In this document: positions 11,690 through 27,552 of the stretch, one piece after another | How the letters are laid out: each line of letters opens with the position of its first letter | Numbering within the stretch: the stretch's first letter is position 1 | Source of the DNA: Octopus vulgaris | Lineage: Eukaryota | Length of the DNA stretch: 64,000 nucleotides | Direction: 5' to 3' | Assembly (NCBI GenBank): GCA_951406725.2 | Contig: OX597818.1 | Span: 102,734,001-102,798,000 of the forward strand | Translations under genes and position numbers: made by a program | The notes under the pieces: model-generated | The model's database searches: none | The model's input: only the letters and a program-made list of their open reading frames with translations | What the model was told of the DNA's origin: nothing

Positions 11690-12790
11690 TCGGCGAGGGG
11701 TACGTTGATTACGTCGACCACAATAGTCAATTGGTACATGCTTTATCGACCTCGAAAGGATGAAAGGCAGATTCGACCACGGCAAACTTTGATCTCAGAA
11801 CACGAAGACAGATAGAATGCCGTTAATTATTTTGCACGACGAGCTAACGATCCTGCCAAATCGCCACCTGACGTAATGATGATATTCCTTTCTACTAAAT
11901 GCACAAAACCTGAAATTTTAGGGGAGGGGAATAGTCGATTACATCGACACCAGTGTTTCACTGGTGCTTATTTTATTAACACCCGAAAGCATGTTGTTCG
12001 ATGCTCAAACAGTTCTGCCATATCACCGCGTTAATAATAACAATAATAACCACTTCCACTATAGGCACAAGGCCTGTAGTTTTGTCGAAGGTGGGGTGTT
12101 GATAACATCAACCTCAGTTGAGGAAATGCCAACTTGATATCGCCACCATTTGAACGCAGAACTTCAAGAGTAAGAAAAAATGCTGCGAAGCAAATTGTCA
12201 GATTCTACCATCTTACAACATTAATAATAATCCTACCTACTTTAGACACAAGGCTTGAGATTTCGGTGGCAGGGATAGTTGCTTACAACGGCCCCAGTAT
12301 TCAACTAGTACTTGTTTTATCGACCCAGAAAGGATGAAAAATGTACAAGGCCCGATTTTAGATTGACCCCAGTACGCAACCCGTACTTCATTTATCGACC
12401 CCGAAAGGATAAAACGAAAATTTGAACTCAGAACGTTAAGACAGACGAAATACCTATTTCTTTACTGCCTACAAGGGACTACATACAGAGGGGACAAACA
12501 AGGACAGACAAAGTGATTAAGTCGATTATATCGACCCCAGTGCGTAACTAGTACTTAATTTATTGACCTCGAAAGGATGAAAAGCAAAGTCGACCTCGGC
12601 GGAATTTGAACTCAGAACATAACGGCAGACGAAATACTGGTAAGCATTTCTCCCGGCGTGCTAACGTTTCTGCCGGATCGCCGCCTTAAAAATCCAATAA
12701 TCTTTTCCATTCTAGGCACAAGGCCCGAAATTTATGTGGAGGGGCCGGTCGATTAGATCGAACCCAGTACACAACGGGTATTTAATTTAT
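11690..12790 (-). mobile_element. Cluster of nested and fragmented SINE family A copies (best copy 12455-12687)
   Basis: Repeated tttatcgaccccgaaaggatgaaa / gaatttgaactcagaac motifs. Confidence 0.85.
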
Positions 12791-13226
12791 ATTTGTCTTG
12801 CTTTATCCGGGGGTGACAATAAAATGAAATAACCAGTGTTCATTTTGGCCAATTACAGTAACTATGGTATTTTCAAATCTGTAGCTTTTTATTTTTTTTC
12901 GAATGAGAGAAATCAAAAGTAAGATGTATAAGAAGATACATACTAACAGAAATACACAGGAACACTTATAGTGACTACTATGAATAATTAGGTAAAAATA
13001 AGAAGAACAAAAGCTATAGATTTAAACATTATCACGCTTTTCATGACTGGAGGTATGATTTGCAAAATTAAGCTACGGATAATGCTTTCGCATTCCAACA
13101 CGAAACCATAATTAGAATCGTCCACACATACACACACAACACACATGTCCATGAAGAATAGATGGAAAGGGAGAGAAAGAGGGCGAGAATATATGAAAAG
13201 CAAACACACACAGAAACTCTCTTTAC

Positions 13227-13268
<42 letters not shown>

Positions 13269-13339
13269 TTACATACATTTATACGTCTGAGTGTGTACAC
13301 AGAAACATATACGCTCACACGCACACTCATCTATATGTG

Positions 13340-13378
<39 letters not shown>

Positions 13379-14998
13379 AGGTAGGTATACACACAGGCGC
13401 TCACGCACGCACACAAGTATATATATATCAATTAATTATTTTAATAAAACTCTCTCCAATTTTATTTTCCATTATAAAATAAATGATCGATAGTAACGCT
13501 GAAACGAAAAAAAAAAATCAATATAAATAATATGAATATACATGTCTGAGTTGTTTGGGAAAGTAGAATAAAATTACTCTTGAAAATTAAAATGTTTGTT
13601 ACTTTGCATTACTTTTTCTGGTTTACTAAATGTGGTTTAACATTGGAGCAATTGTTTACGGTGCGAGATGAAATTTGTGCATCTAAGATAAAACGAACAC
13701 AAATGGACGTGAAAGGAAACGCATACGAATGGACCTGGAAGGAAACACAAACATCCTTTCAAACCTAAGCAACATTATTGACATTGTATAAACCCAAATA
13801 TCAATATCTGAAAATTATTTCGTATTATTTTTGTTGTTGTTCTTGTATGGCTGGCCCTAGTCAGCTTTACTCGAGCAGACAAAGTACAGCCAGGCCTAAC
13901 TTGCGAGCGGGTATATCACGTTAGACTCTGCTATGATTTCATTAAATTCTTTTAAAAATTTCTGCTCTTGCAAACAGTTTAAACACTGACTCGGGACACT
14001 CACTCTTGGGTCAACGGAATGTGCAGGATGTGTCATGTAGTAGGATAAATGACTACACTAGCAACTTACTGGCGCGTATTACGGCTGAGTAGATTGTAGT
14101 TATATAAGATGGAATGCATTGCCCAAGGGCAAAACGTTCTTCCGTACCCGGAATTGAACTCATAGTGCTATGATTAGGAACCAAACAAACTAACCAGTAG
14201 TACAGTATGACACAAGCAAATCTTTATTTAAATGCATTCCAATCCTGATAATTTGACTATCACTTATTCTTCAGACAATATATACTGGGTGGCCTTATAA
14301 ATTGAGTCTATGGTTGGGTGTAATTTGAGGGAAATTTTATGGTTATTTCTAGGAAGTAGGGTGACCACACAAAATTCCATAATTGGTTTGTTTCACAAAT
14401 AATATGTGGCAGTAGTTTCGGCACAGGTAAATCCTGAAGGTGCCCGCGTAAGTCAAAAGCGTTTCAGATCACCTATTTTCTGGCCGTGGATTACTCTATC
14501 TAATATATACTTTATGTTTTACAAGACACTAAACTAATTTTGGAGTGATTTGACTGTTATTTCTGGTACGACTAGCAACCACATGTGAGTATCGCCCGCT
14601 GGCTCGAAATATTGCGTATTAATTCGAATAGGAGCGGAAATTAGACGTCAGCTCTGAAGGCTTAATGTTACACACCATGAAGGCATACATGCTACAATAA
14701 TTTTGCATTGGCCGTCTAGAATTTCTTTCTCACCTATATCGTTTAGTGGAGTCTACCTCTACGAGATAAAAATACAAACAAGCCAAAATGATGTTTTACA
14801 AACGCTGCAAATTTTATGGATGTCACATCTTTCTTCTGACATCCATCAGAAAAATATGATATTTACATATTTTTATGAATTCGAAATTTCTTAACAGAGA
14901 AGTCATAGCATTTATTGATATTTTTAAACAAAAACCCATAAGCAGTTGTAATTTTGTTTTCTATCCTATCTTTTATTCATCATATTTCATATTAAATT

Positions 14999-15180
14999 AA
15001 GGCGGTGATCTGACAAAATCGTTTGCACTCCGGGCGAAATGCTTAGTGGTATGTTGTCTGCCGTTATGATCTGAGTTCAAATTCCGCAGAGGTCGACTTT
15101 GCCTTTCATCCTTTCGGGGTCGATAAATGAAAGGCGAAGTCGACCTCGGTGGAATTTGAACTCAGAACGTAGCGGCAGAC
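14999..15180. mobile_element. SINE family A head fused to an inverted copy (hairpin)
   Basis: Plus copy to ~15128, then the reverse complement of the same core. Confidence 0.8.
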
Positions 15181-15294
15181 AAAAACACACTTGAATATAT
15201 TTAAACTTGCTTACGAAGTTCTACATGAATAAATTCTAAACAATAACAGGATGGTCTCACCCACCAGAGATGTCGTATGAAGTGTTCAGCTACT

Positions 15295-15546
15295 TACTGT
15301 ACGACCTGCACAAATGATTTGCTTATAGTGATCCTAATGTGTGTGCTGCACACTGGCTCACGCCTTCCATCAGATTGACGTTGCTGAACAAGTGCACGGT
15401 GTACCAGATGACATATGGCGAAGTGATCGCAGAGCAACGTGAGATAAAGTGTTTTGCTCAAGAACACAACGCGCCCCCGGTCTAGGAAATGAAGTCGAGG
15501 TCTCACGATCGTGAATGCAACACCGTAACCCCTCGGTCATGTGGCC
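15295..15546 (-). mobile_element. Old tRNA/CORE-like SINE
   Basis: Minus strand has a tRNA-like head followed by gtgttcttgagcaaaacactttat, similar to the 5752 element. Confidence 0.6.
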
Positions 15547-15822
15547 TGAAAGACAATTATATAGCGCCAATTTAGTCAATAAAAGTTCCTCCACACATTT
15601 TCCCATCAACATCCACTCTCCTACGTAATTACCAATGCACTCAAACCCACATAATCAACGAAGTGTTTTATCTCAACAGATTATATAAAGCCAAAATTAA
15701 CTGCAATGCGTCGCAGTCCGATGATGACTTAGCTGAGAGAATCGTCGAAGTCACTGTCAACAATATTCTTGTTCAAGAATGATACACACACACATACATA
15801 TATATATAAATATATATACGTG

Positions 15823-15858
<36 letters not shown>

Positions 15859-15970
15859 CATATATATATACATATATATGTATATGTATATATATATATA
15901 TGTTCGTGTGTATGTATGCGTGTATATATGTTCGTGTGTATGTAATATGTGGCAATTATTCGGTAGCCAT

Positions 15971-16031
15971 GATAAAACTCTGAGTTTCGGATGGCGGGAT
16001 GGAAATCCACGCCGCCATCTCTTCAGTTATC
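15971..16031 (-). ncRNA. Minimal hammerhead ribozyme motif
   Basis: Minus strand: GAUAA-CUGAAGA-GAUGGCGG...CCGCCAUC-C-GAAA-CUCAGAG-UU-UUAUC; lies between microsatellites; a deleted relative is at ~63290-63358. Confidence 0.68.
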
Positions 16032-16060
16032 CGCCCATCGGAAAAAATGCTATGAAAATA

Positions 16061-16134
<74 letters not shown>

Positions 16135-16145
16135 TGTGTGTGTGT

Positions 16146-16185
<40 letters not shown>

Positions 16186-16844
16186 TATGAATATAGCATT
16201 ATTCATTTTGCCAAAATCATCATTTACGAAAATATGTAGTTCTTTTATCGTTAGTTATATCCAGCGATGGATAACTTTCGATAACCTTACATACCTTTCT
16301 GCCATTACATTAATAACATTTCCTCACATGGACGCAATCCTTCAGGTGTACATAGTGAGATAACTGGATATTGTGACAGCATGATTTTAAATTGCAAGTG
16401 ACGTAAAGATTCCGTTAACTTAGAATTGATACCATGTCAAAGATTATAATCGTCAAAGGCTTTGCTTTGGGGGTTTTGACGTTCGCCCCTGGACTCATTC
16501 CAGTATATTGGTTTATTTTATTTACGGACTGCGAAAGGACAAGTCCGACTTTCATGTATTTCACAAAATTATAAAACGCCTCAAGTAAAATAAATTCGCT
16601 TCAATATAAACGGGTATTTGAACATTTATTCTAAAATATTGATTTCTTTCAGACACACGAGGACGTTAATTTCAGGTGATTGTATACGTAGCCTCATGAT
16701 TCTCTGATAGTTTATAACTGGTTCTTAGTGATCAACTTTTCGAGAATGAACGTTAAAGTCCGTCTTGCTGGGATTATTTTTGGAATTGAAAGGGAATAAA
16801 CGAGGTAGTTTAGTACATCATTTAATAATCATATATACATTCTA

Positions 16845-17128
16845 CTCGCGGTCGGAGGATCGCGGTCTCGATTCCCAGACCGGGCGTTGTGTGTGTTCAT
16901 TGAGCGAAAACGCCTAAAGCTCTACGTGACTCCGGCAGAGGGTGGTGGTGACCCCTGTTGTGCACTTTCGTCCCAAATTTTTCTCATTCTTTCTTCCTGT
17001 TTCTTGAGTAACGCTGCGATGGACTGGCGTCCCGTCCAGCTAGGTGGAGGAAACACAAACGCAACAGACACCGGGAAACCGGGCCCATGAGTCTGGTTAG
17101 GCTTCAAAGGGCCCATAAATAAATAAAA
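16845..17128 (+). mobile_element. SINE family C, 5'-truncated, tail variant 3
   Basis: TSD atatacattcta at 16833-16844 and 17129-17140. Confidence 0.85.
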
Positions 17129-17150
17129 ATATACATTCTAGAATACCTAT

Positions 17151-17379
17151 TTCTTTACTACCCACAAAGGGCTAAACATAGAGGGGACAAACTAGGACAG
17201 ACAAACGGATTAAGTCGATTACATCGACCTCAGTGCGTAACTGGTACGTAATTTATCGACCCCGAAAGGATGAAAAGCAAAGTCGACCTCGGCGGAATTT
17301 GAACTCAGAACGTAGCGGCAGACAAAATACGGCTATGCATTTTGTCCGGCGTGCTAACGTTTCTGCCAGCTCGCGGCCT
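17151..17379 (-). mobile_element. SINE family A, full length with TSD
   Basis: TSD ttctagaatacctat at 17136-17150 and 17380-17394. Confidence 0.92.
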
Positions 17380-17949
17380 TTCTAGAATACCTATTCGATA
17401 AAACTGTCGAGGTTGAACTTTTATAGACGGACACTATGCTGAATCTCGTCAGATTTGTATGTATGTATTTGTGTATTTAGTAGTGCAATATTAAAATTTG
17501 ATCGTGCTGTGTTGTGTTGTAAGCATGCAAGGGGATATAGCCTGTACGAGCAGTAAATGTTAAGTGCCATGCTCTTAAGTATAGACCAGGCAAACCTAAG
17601 GTGATATAACTGGTTTGTCGGGTGCCAGTGATTTGAAGTTCTTTAACAGGGCACATCTCTGGTTTTAGTGAATGATGTTATCTTTTATGACTGCATTAAA
17701 TGATTTTATTGGCGCTTCGCCATTAATTCTTCTGCTATTATGACCGCAAAACGCTTATGAGCTCCAAGAGAGATTTCGGCAACAGTCATAAATTGAGCAT
17801 CACTCTCATTCCCTTTACTGTGCTCTCTCACATACCCCTATTCTCTCACTTTGCTGTTTGTCGAATACCACCTATATACAAAAAGACCTGTTCTTACATG
17901 ACTCCAGACGTCGACAATTCACAGAAACTCTATGTGTGTAACATATACA

Positions 17950-18830
17950 ATTTAATGATTCAGTGGAGTTTATCTCAGTCGTGAATTACTCCTCCGTAGC
18001 GCTGCCAAATCAAAGATTTTTAGAAATTAATAAGTTATTATTCGGTCCGAAAGTCCTGCAGAACAGTCCTTTCGTTTTCTATGAACTTACAAACCTTTGC
18101 CAATCTTAATCCAATGGCTGTTTTCTGAACGAAATACCATTTGTTGTTGACGATTGTACCACTCAACGCCCACTTAACTAATTCACTAATTCTTTTTCTG
18201 TAAGCTTCGCGCTCTGGGTGCGACGCGCTCAGCTACCAATAGCCGGCTACATATGGACAACCTATCTTATCCCCATCTGCTGCTCCACGGAATAGTCTAT
18301 CTAGATACGATCAGAATCTTCAGATGCTGTTTTTCCATCTCCACACTGGCACATTCAGATAATCCATTGAGTTACAATATCTGAGTAGGTTTCCCAGGTT
18401 TTGTATTCTATCTCCAATCTGCCAACCCCACACAATCCAAGCGTTCATTCAAGATAGCGTCATGTTGCCTAATACTAGAAGGCGGTGAAAAAGAAGCCTG
18501 AAAAAATCCGGCTATTCTATCCCTGTCGCAGAGCAAATGGCTACTAGCCTGAAAGCCTATTGCTCACATTATAGACCACCAACCCTGAAGGTTGTCCATA
18601 TCGCGACTTCCATACGCTTTCAAAATAACACAACAATCCCGATCCTGTCATCACAGAAAATAAGCATGATCTCGCTGGTGGCTATCACATCTCCATCTAA
18701 TGACCTGAGATCATTGGGCATGTAACCCTGCTTTGAAAGTGATCCAGTGCTTCGTGTGCTTACACGACCTACTCCGGAGTAGGCCACATTCGAAGAACAA
18801 GGAAGGCTCGAAAGTATCACTTACCTTATT
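17950..18830 (-). pseudogene. Decayed L1/Tx1-like ORF2 endonuclease region
   Basis: NDLRSLDGDVIATSE, FRLVAI, PDFFR, LLVLGN, NVPVWRW, SYLDRL, GCP motifs; parallels the 10750 fragment. Confidence 0.65.
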
Positions 18831-19460
18831 CCTTTGGAATGGAGGTGTTTCGTCCTTCCAACTGGTTGTAGTTGTTTCCCCAAGCAACTATCTCGTCTTT
18901 TGTTCATATTTCGCCTGAATTATTCTACTCCTTTTGGGCATTTATTCTCTATGATGTATATGATATGGCTAAGTATTTATGTGCGTTGCAATGCTATTAT
19001 TTTATATCGTGTAGTTATTGTGTAATATGCGTGTGTTTGTGTTTGTGATCTATTAGTTATTTACTGCTTGAGAGTTTACGACCGTTCAGTTAATGATACA
19101 TTTGTTTGTGATATTGCGCGCGATCTGAACGTTGTGTATGTGAATTGGTTTGTGTTTGTAATGGTGGTCTCTATGATAACGGTGTTAGTGTTGATGCATC
19201 CTTCCCAAAAAGACATATCCATCCCCCTTTTGTCCATTCCTGCCAGTATTTTACGACTGTGATTTGTTTCTTTTTCTTTTCTTTACATCCGTAACTGTGT
19301 GTTATTTAGGCTACTCACCGTTATCTTCATCAGATGAGGAGGGACATGTCTTGGGTGAGGTGTCATTGTCCCTTTGTTCTTTAATATTATTACTGGGAGG
19401 CTTTCAGTCACTGTTGTTGTTGCTGCTGTTTCCACTATTAGGGTTGTTGTTACTGTTTGT

Positions 19461-19855
19461 TTGTTAAGCGACGCGGTCTTCGTCCCAGAGCTCGCAAGAT
19501 CGCGCTTCAGGATTGTGTGTAGTGGGAGAAGTCCGAAGCGTGGTCCTTTACTATTCGTAAGACCCGCAGAAGAGAAAGCATGTCAACCCCAGACACCGAG
19601 ATCATCGACGGATGAATGAATGCGCATCCAGGCTTAGCGGTTGCGTAGGAAGTCAGGGACAAGAAACAGGAAGAAAGAGTGTGAGACACTTGGAGCGAAA
19701 GAGTACAACAGGGGTCGCCACCACTCCCTGCTGGAGCATCGTGGAGCTTCAGGTGTTTTCGCGCAATAAACACACACAACGCCCGGTCTAGGAATCGAAA
19801 TCGCGATCATCCGACCGCGAGTCCGCTGCCCTAAACATTGGGCCATTGCGCCTCC
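19461..19855 (-). mobile_element. SINE family C, tail variant 4
   Basis: Family C head at ~19680-19855, tail unrelated to the other copies. Confidence 0.88.
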
Positions 19856-20540
19856 ACTGTTGTTGCTGTTGTTATACCGGTGCTGCTTCGAGTCTTTAAG
19901 ATGGTGATGCAATCACTGTTGCTGCTTTTGCGTGTTGTTTATATAGATGCTGAGGTTGTTTGTACTTTGGTTGCTGTTGTAGTTGTTGGCGTTCAAGTAG
20001 TTGTGCTTACTGTAGTTCAAGAATTCTTTCTGTCATTTTCTGTTGTTTTTATTGGAGAAGAAGGCTTTGAGGTGGTTATTGCTTCCACAGTTGTAACATC
20101 GAGGTCTTCTCTCTTTCACAACCACTTGTAGTTGCTGAGATCCTGGTATGTCTTTAAAGTTGGTGATTTTGTACAGTGTTTCAGGACTTCAATCAAAATC
20201 TCCAATCCCATCCTAGTCCAAAATTCATTACAGAATCTATTTTTTATTGTGTGCTAGGGTCTTCCAAAACTCCACATTCTCCGACCACCAGAATGCTTGT
20301 TCTTAATACAGGTTTCAGACTTTTCCTGGAGTCACTTTGAGTCCTAGATAAATTACTTTCAGTTCGAAAACTTTAGCTCTTGTAGAGCAATGGAATGCAA
20401 CTAGGCTTCGGTTTCTGAATGAAAAATAAATCTGATGCACCCGTACTTATAAGTATGACCCACAAACTTGATATCTCACCCTATGTTCTGTAAACGGAGC
20501 TCAGCTTGGTTTGACTGCATAAGCTCGAATTTGTAAATTT

Positions 20541-21180
<640 letters not shown>

Positions 21181-22397
21181 ACTTTATCTGTCTGCAATCT
21201 GTAAGAAATTTTGAATAAACCATACATAATGGACATTCAGGTTTATGAGAGTGAGATATTTATTGTGTCTTTGTATTTTAATATAACACGTCCGATATAC
21301 TTTTCTTTCATGTAATCTGCATTTTTGTTCCCCTGGAACGTTATGCTTCTGTAATGATTCGTTTTTCTTTCGGTGATTTATGTACAACAACAATAACAGC
21401 TAACGCCAGGCTATATTAACGATTTCTACAATCGATACAATAGCACACGTTTTTGAGGAGTTATATAGTTAAATTCACTAGTACCTATTATTACTACGTC
21501 TCCAGTAGCGATGTATTGAGATGGTTTGTTGTTGTTGCTATTTTATCGTTATATTTTTACATTAACATTAGAAATATTTTCCCTGTTCCATAGAATGTGT
21601 TATCATTTTCAATTCTTTAACTAAAATATTTCTCGCCTGCACTTTTATTCATATATTCAAATGCACATTTATTGCTACTTTCGTTTGTTCGAGTATTCTT
21701 TGCCAGTTTTCGTATTTTGTATGCATATGCAAGTTTAATTTTGTTGCTCTGTTATTTATGCCGCGTGTTTTGTATATATTATGTTAAATTTGTTTTTTTT
21801 TTCTCTCTCTTTATTTGGAACCGATAGAGGATTTTGCTATAGACCAACGAATAGATTCCAAAATAAAACTACCATAAATTATCTACAATAATATGGAAAA
21901 ATCTGGCCACTTTGCATTCCTACGTTTAGTAAAGGCAGTTAATTTTCAGACTTCATATATTGAGATCGAAAGATATAAGGTATACAAAATTGTGCTGCTT
22001 GGTAACATACATAATCCTCTTCAAGCAAGCCATAATTAACTTCTTCAAGGACCATTTGGTGTTACAGCAATCATTTCCTATTTAATTCCTGGACGTCGTA
22101 TGATAGAATCCACCATGAGTCGAAATGGTATAATCACATGATGGTACCTCGGACCAGAGAGAAGAGTTAGGGGTGGGCAATTTCTTATGATAAGGAAGGT
22201 AATCCTAACACCTGTGCGTCACACTGACTGCACTAACTTGTCTGGATTTCTGGTACAAACTCACTCGACAAGGACTGGTCTCTCTGTTTCTGTTTTCTCA
22301 CCGTCGTTAATCTTTCCCGATTTACATTGGTCAAATATGTCCAAACACATATACACTCGTATGTGTGTGTATACGTAAGCATGTATATATCTATACT

Positions 22398-22848
22398 TGC
22401 TTGGCGAGGAAGGTGGTTATTGGTCACCCTGCGGGATGAAAAACAAACCCGTCAAAGGGCGGAGGAACTCTTGAGAGTCAACGGCCATCCAATAAATGTC
22501 TTAAGGATGTATCATGCCCGGGGACATAGAAATAATCGCACTGAATACCCGATCGCGCGGTTAAACCATTGGGAGTGAAGGACTCCTAGCCTTTGTTAGG
22601 GCATCCTTCTAGGAGAAGGTAACTCAGGTAACTGGGATAACTCCGACATAAAACCTGCGGCTCAGTGGTTACCGATGATGTTGACTTGTTCTTCTTTTCG
22701 AATTATGGCTGCTATTGCTTAGTGAGTGGGATTGACTCAGTGTACAGCCTTTCCTCACTTTACAAAATCTTGCACAAGCATTGCACGATAACAACATTGA
22801 TTAAGCTTCGTGCAATGGCCATACTCGATAACGAGGGGGCAGTCACCA
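22398..22848 (+). mobile_element. Probable non-autonomous RTE-derived repeat
   Basis: GC-richer island inside a TA/TG microsatellite; ggcatccttctaggagaaggtaactc...aaacct resembles RTE 5' UTR motifs (from memory). Confidence 0.4.
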
Positions 22849-24049
22849 TATATCTATATATTTAAACGTGTGTGTGTGTGTACTAATATAACTGCCAAAT
22901 AGTAGAAGCTTTTTTTGAATTTGGTTGGAACCAATGTTGAACGTTACTTGCAGAACATTTCCATACAATGTTTTAGTTCCTCAGACTGTAATATCGAAAT
23001 AAACTTCAACTCAAAAGAAAGGAGATAACAGAGAAAAACAGAGGTCTCGTTTTCATGCTGCAAGCATTAGATGTATTGCAGTGACAGCTTCTTATAGCTA
23101 CGACGAATTATGACACTTGGAGATCTAGGAGGAATAATCCGTTTCAGAAACTTTTCTTGGAATGCAGGATTTTTGCATGGTCAATGCTGAGTCGGAGGAA
23201 AACCACATGTGGAAATTTGTCGTTAAGCTGTGTTTTATGCTCTGAGACTGTTTGTTATCCATAGAACAGAAAGAAATTCTTCTTATGTAACCTGAAAGAA
23301 AAGCAAAATGTAAGATATGACACGAAGAATAAATCCTAAAAAAATGACAGTGGAAACTGTATAAAGTGCAGGAATGAATGAAGCATAACTATAAGCATAT
23401 TATCAGGATAAGATTTTTGCCCTTATAATGCACGGATATAATACATTGTAGGATGGTTCTGTTTTGCAAAGATAATTTAGCGCTCTTAGTAGTATACGTG
23501 TATGATGATGGATTCTCGGCATACTATTTAAGTTATTCTACAGGTGAATATAGATATCAGAATGGTTTTGAAAGCGAGATGGTCATTAAGTAGCCAAAAA
23601 TAATTCAAATATAGTCGGAAATGAGAAATATAATTCTAGGTTCAAAACTCCAAAAGCATTAGGTTAGGTTGAAAAGCATACAAGTCAAAACTATGGCTAT
23701 ACCCCCAGGCACAAAGTGCTGATAGAAAATACCAACAATACTGGTGACACTAATGATGGGACAATCGGCGATATTAACTATGAATAATCGTCCAGTTCTG
23801 TTACTCTCAATGAAGAGCACAAATCAACTCAATAACAATAACACATCTTCGAAGATAACAATTAAATTTCTTTTGCATGTCTCCTAACACTAATGGCAGT
23901 TATAGGCAAAACACTACAATATCCTGTTCTTTGCGGAATCTGTAAAAATTATTTAACAAGTCTTTCAGGAGAAACAGAGAATCTTGAAAGAGGCAGAAAC
24001 TTCGTCTGAACAGAGAATATGGGAGCTGTATTGCGAGTGCCTTCTCAGC

Positions 24050-24271
24050 TTGACCTTTTAGCATTCAGGCTCTATTGCCATGTGTACAGATTATTTATTC
24101 ACATTGTTTTATATTACGCATGCATTCTCTCGTAGCTCTGAGGTTTGGATGATGTGATTGTACATTTTTAGAATGATATTCAAGGGTAGGTGTAAGCTCT
24201 GGCCAGTTTAATACATAAAACAAGTAGGATATTTGGGCCAAATATGGCCAGTTTGAACGCTTAAGGATCAA
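24050..24271. mobile_element. Decayed piggyBac-like MITE
   Basis: Ends ttgaccttttagcattca / tgaacgcttaaggatcaa are imperfect TIRs resembling TTAA-CCC termini. Confidence 0.4.
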
Positions 24272-24740
24272 TCGTCTAGACAGGAAGGCGAAAGGACTAC
24301 ATTAGGTTTTAGCTTCTGATACCAATTTATATCAATTTTTTTTTCTTTTCATTGGTATATAATGTGAATATATTTCGACAGAGTTCGAATCACGGGGAAG
24401 TAAAATTGGACTTTCATACTTTCGGGGTCGATAAATTAGAGTTCCAACCAATTGTTTAGACCGATGTAATCAAATTACCGCACCACATAAAATTCCTGAT
24501 CATGGGACAAAATTAGAAAGAACTAGTTGAAGGACAGTGAAAAGGAGGAATTGTCACAGAGTGCCGGACTAAACTCCTAACGCATACGTTGGCTTTTCAC
24601 ATTCTGGTTTCAAATACCTGCGAGGTCGACTTGCCTTTCATTCTTTCAGAGTCGATAAAACAAAGCATTACTTGAGCATTTGGATCGATGTAACAGACTA
24701 CACCCTCCCACAAAATTTCAAGCCTTGAGCCAATAGAATT

Positions 24741-24945
<205 letters not shown>

Positions 24946-26365
24946 TCTTTATTATTAACAATGTTGCTTCTGCTGTTTTTTATAAATATATTTATAAATA
25001 AGGTGAAACAATATATAAATAAAAACACATATTAAGAAATTTATTGTTTTCCTATGCACAAGAATATATTTATTAAAAAATGGTTTGCATCATCGATTAC
25101 AGCCATTCTCTTTTGAAACGATTTTGCTTCACTTGCATCATTGATCCACTTTGAAAAATAAAACGTTCACTTCTCAACTTCAAGTTTCTATTTCGAAAAT
25201 AAAAAAATTCTTGGAATTTTATAGGAATTTCAAACTATTTTTGCATTGTGAAACGAAAATTGTTATTTCTTGTGCTCAGCAATACGACGACCCATTTTTT
25301 TCATAGTTTTTCCTGATCATATTTTACTTGGTTATATATTCACTGATTCCCAAAAGAAAATTTCTGTTTTCACAGAAACTTTTCTATCTCTTCGTGTAAT
25401 TTTTTCATCGGAACAATTTAATCGTAATTATGGTACTGTTACAACTCGAATGCAATGGTTGTTAGATTAAACGTGTAACTCACAAATGTCTATAATAATT
25501 ACCACCATAAACTAAAACACGGTTTGTACGGGGAATTTAAACAGGGAAAAGTAAATAAAAGCAACATTTAAGTAATATCGAATCTTCTAATGTTTCTTCG
25601 TTTTATTAGATTAAATTTTGTCTGAATCGTAGACCTAATTAGTTACATTAGTTTCAGCTTACTAACGGTTTCTCAGCCGGTTCACTTTTTAATCCAATAA
25701 ATAATATGATTTGCTCTTATAGACAATCTCCACCACTCTCTACATGCAATCACGCTGGTATACCATTAAATAAATACATACATATACATAAATACATACA
25801 TATAATGTATTTCTAAATATACACATACACACACAATGTAGACACGGACATCTACACGTGTGTGTATGTAGACAAACACATACACACATATACAAACACA
25901 CAAACACACACACTCATACATACACATTCGCACTAACACACAAGGATCAAATTAGGGTTCCAATCAGAAGTGAGTCTTTATATCCAACATCTTAATCATG
26001 TGGAGAAATAGTCAAGTGGAGCAAGAGGTTTTGCTATAAGAAGCGCACGGGTCGAGCAAATTATAAGAAAACTAGAAGACGGACAAGCCAAAAGAGGTGG
26101 AAAATACATCTACAATTTATGATGTATAATATTTGATATACCTTCATTTGTCCATTTTACTCAAATACTTGCCATTAACAACTTGGCATATTTTTCTTAG
26201 CATATTTTTGTTTAAATTACGCAAATTACGTAGGCTAAAAATATTTTGTTCACATTCTTATAAATCTAAGTCCCGTGGCTCCTGGAGATGAGGCTGAACA
26301 GTTGTGCTGGCGATACATATTCAAGCCAAAGCGTTTAGCTGTTGCTGTCCACTTCTCTCCGAGCA

Positions 26366-26734
26366 TTGTTTCAGTCATGTGACTGTGGCCATGCTGGAGC
26401 GCCGCCTTTAGTCGAGCAAATCGAACCCAGGACTTATTCTATCGGTCTCTTTTGCCGAACCGCTAAGTTACGGGGACCTAAACACACCAGCATCGGTTGT
26501 CAAGCGATGTTGGGGGGACAAAGACAGACACACAAACATATACACACACATGCATATATATACATATATACGACGGGCGTCTTTCAGTTTCCGTCTGCCA
26601 AATCCACTCACAAGGTTTTGGTCGGCCCGAGGCTATAATAGAAGACACTTGCCCAAGATGCTACGCAGTGGGACTGAACGCGGAACCATGTGGTTCGTAA
26701 GCAAGCTACTTACAACACAGCCACTCCTACGCCT
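26366..26734 (-). mobile_element. SINE family B (tRNA head, CORE-like domain, internal microsatellite, CR1-like tail)
   Basis: Matches 31455-31845; CORE-like CTTGGGCAAGT. Confidence 0.9.
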
Positions 26735-27552
26735 ATATTCACAAACACATAAAGACGCTAATATATTGTTTCATTCATGTAGATATATATTCGTTAATAT
26801 TTCCTATATAATTGTATATATTTATACACATGTACAGCATTATTCTACATATGCTTGTATGTCGCAGAATGGCAGTAAACATATAATAATCCGTGTCCAT
26901 ATATAATTTTCATGTGATATGTCTATATATTTCTATATAGCTGCTTATATACTTCTGGATGAGAACATCGCAAAGACAGAGGGAGAGACAGGTAGAGAGA
27001 GGGGTACATTGCCAGACCGGACACACATTCACACGATGTCCCATGCAATTGATTTGCATCATATATCATTTCAAAAGAGAGCGAGGGAGAAGCATGCTTG
27101 AGAGGTATAAATATACAGTGAGAGAGAGTGTGTGTATGCGTGTGTGTGTGTGTATGCGTGTGTGTGTGTGTGTTTGTGTGTGTTACATATATATAGAGAG
27201 GAAAGACATAAAAGACAATTAGAGGCAAAGAGATTGATGTAGATTAGTCAGACGGCTTCTAAATATATTCAATGCACGCGATCTAGAAATTGGGTCATTT
27301 CTAGCAGCAAATTATATTTTTCTGGTACTAATAACAAAAGACAAACATTCTCCTTGGGACACAGATTTCGAAAATCAAATACGTTTTTCTCCAAGACACA
27401 CCGTTTCGTAGCCTTTCGATGAAACATACACATACATACACGCAGATACTCCCAATTATACATATAAATATGTGTGCTTGTGTGTATAGGTGTATAGGTG
27501 TGTGTGTAAAGGTGTACATGTGTGTGTATATAGATGGATAGATAGATAGGTA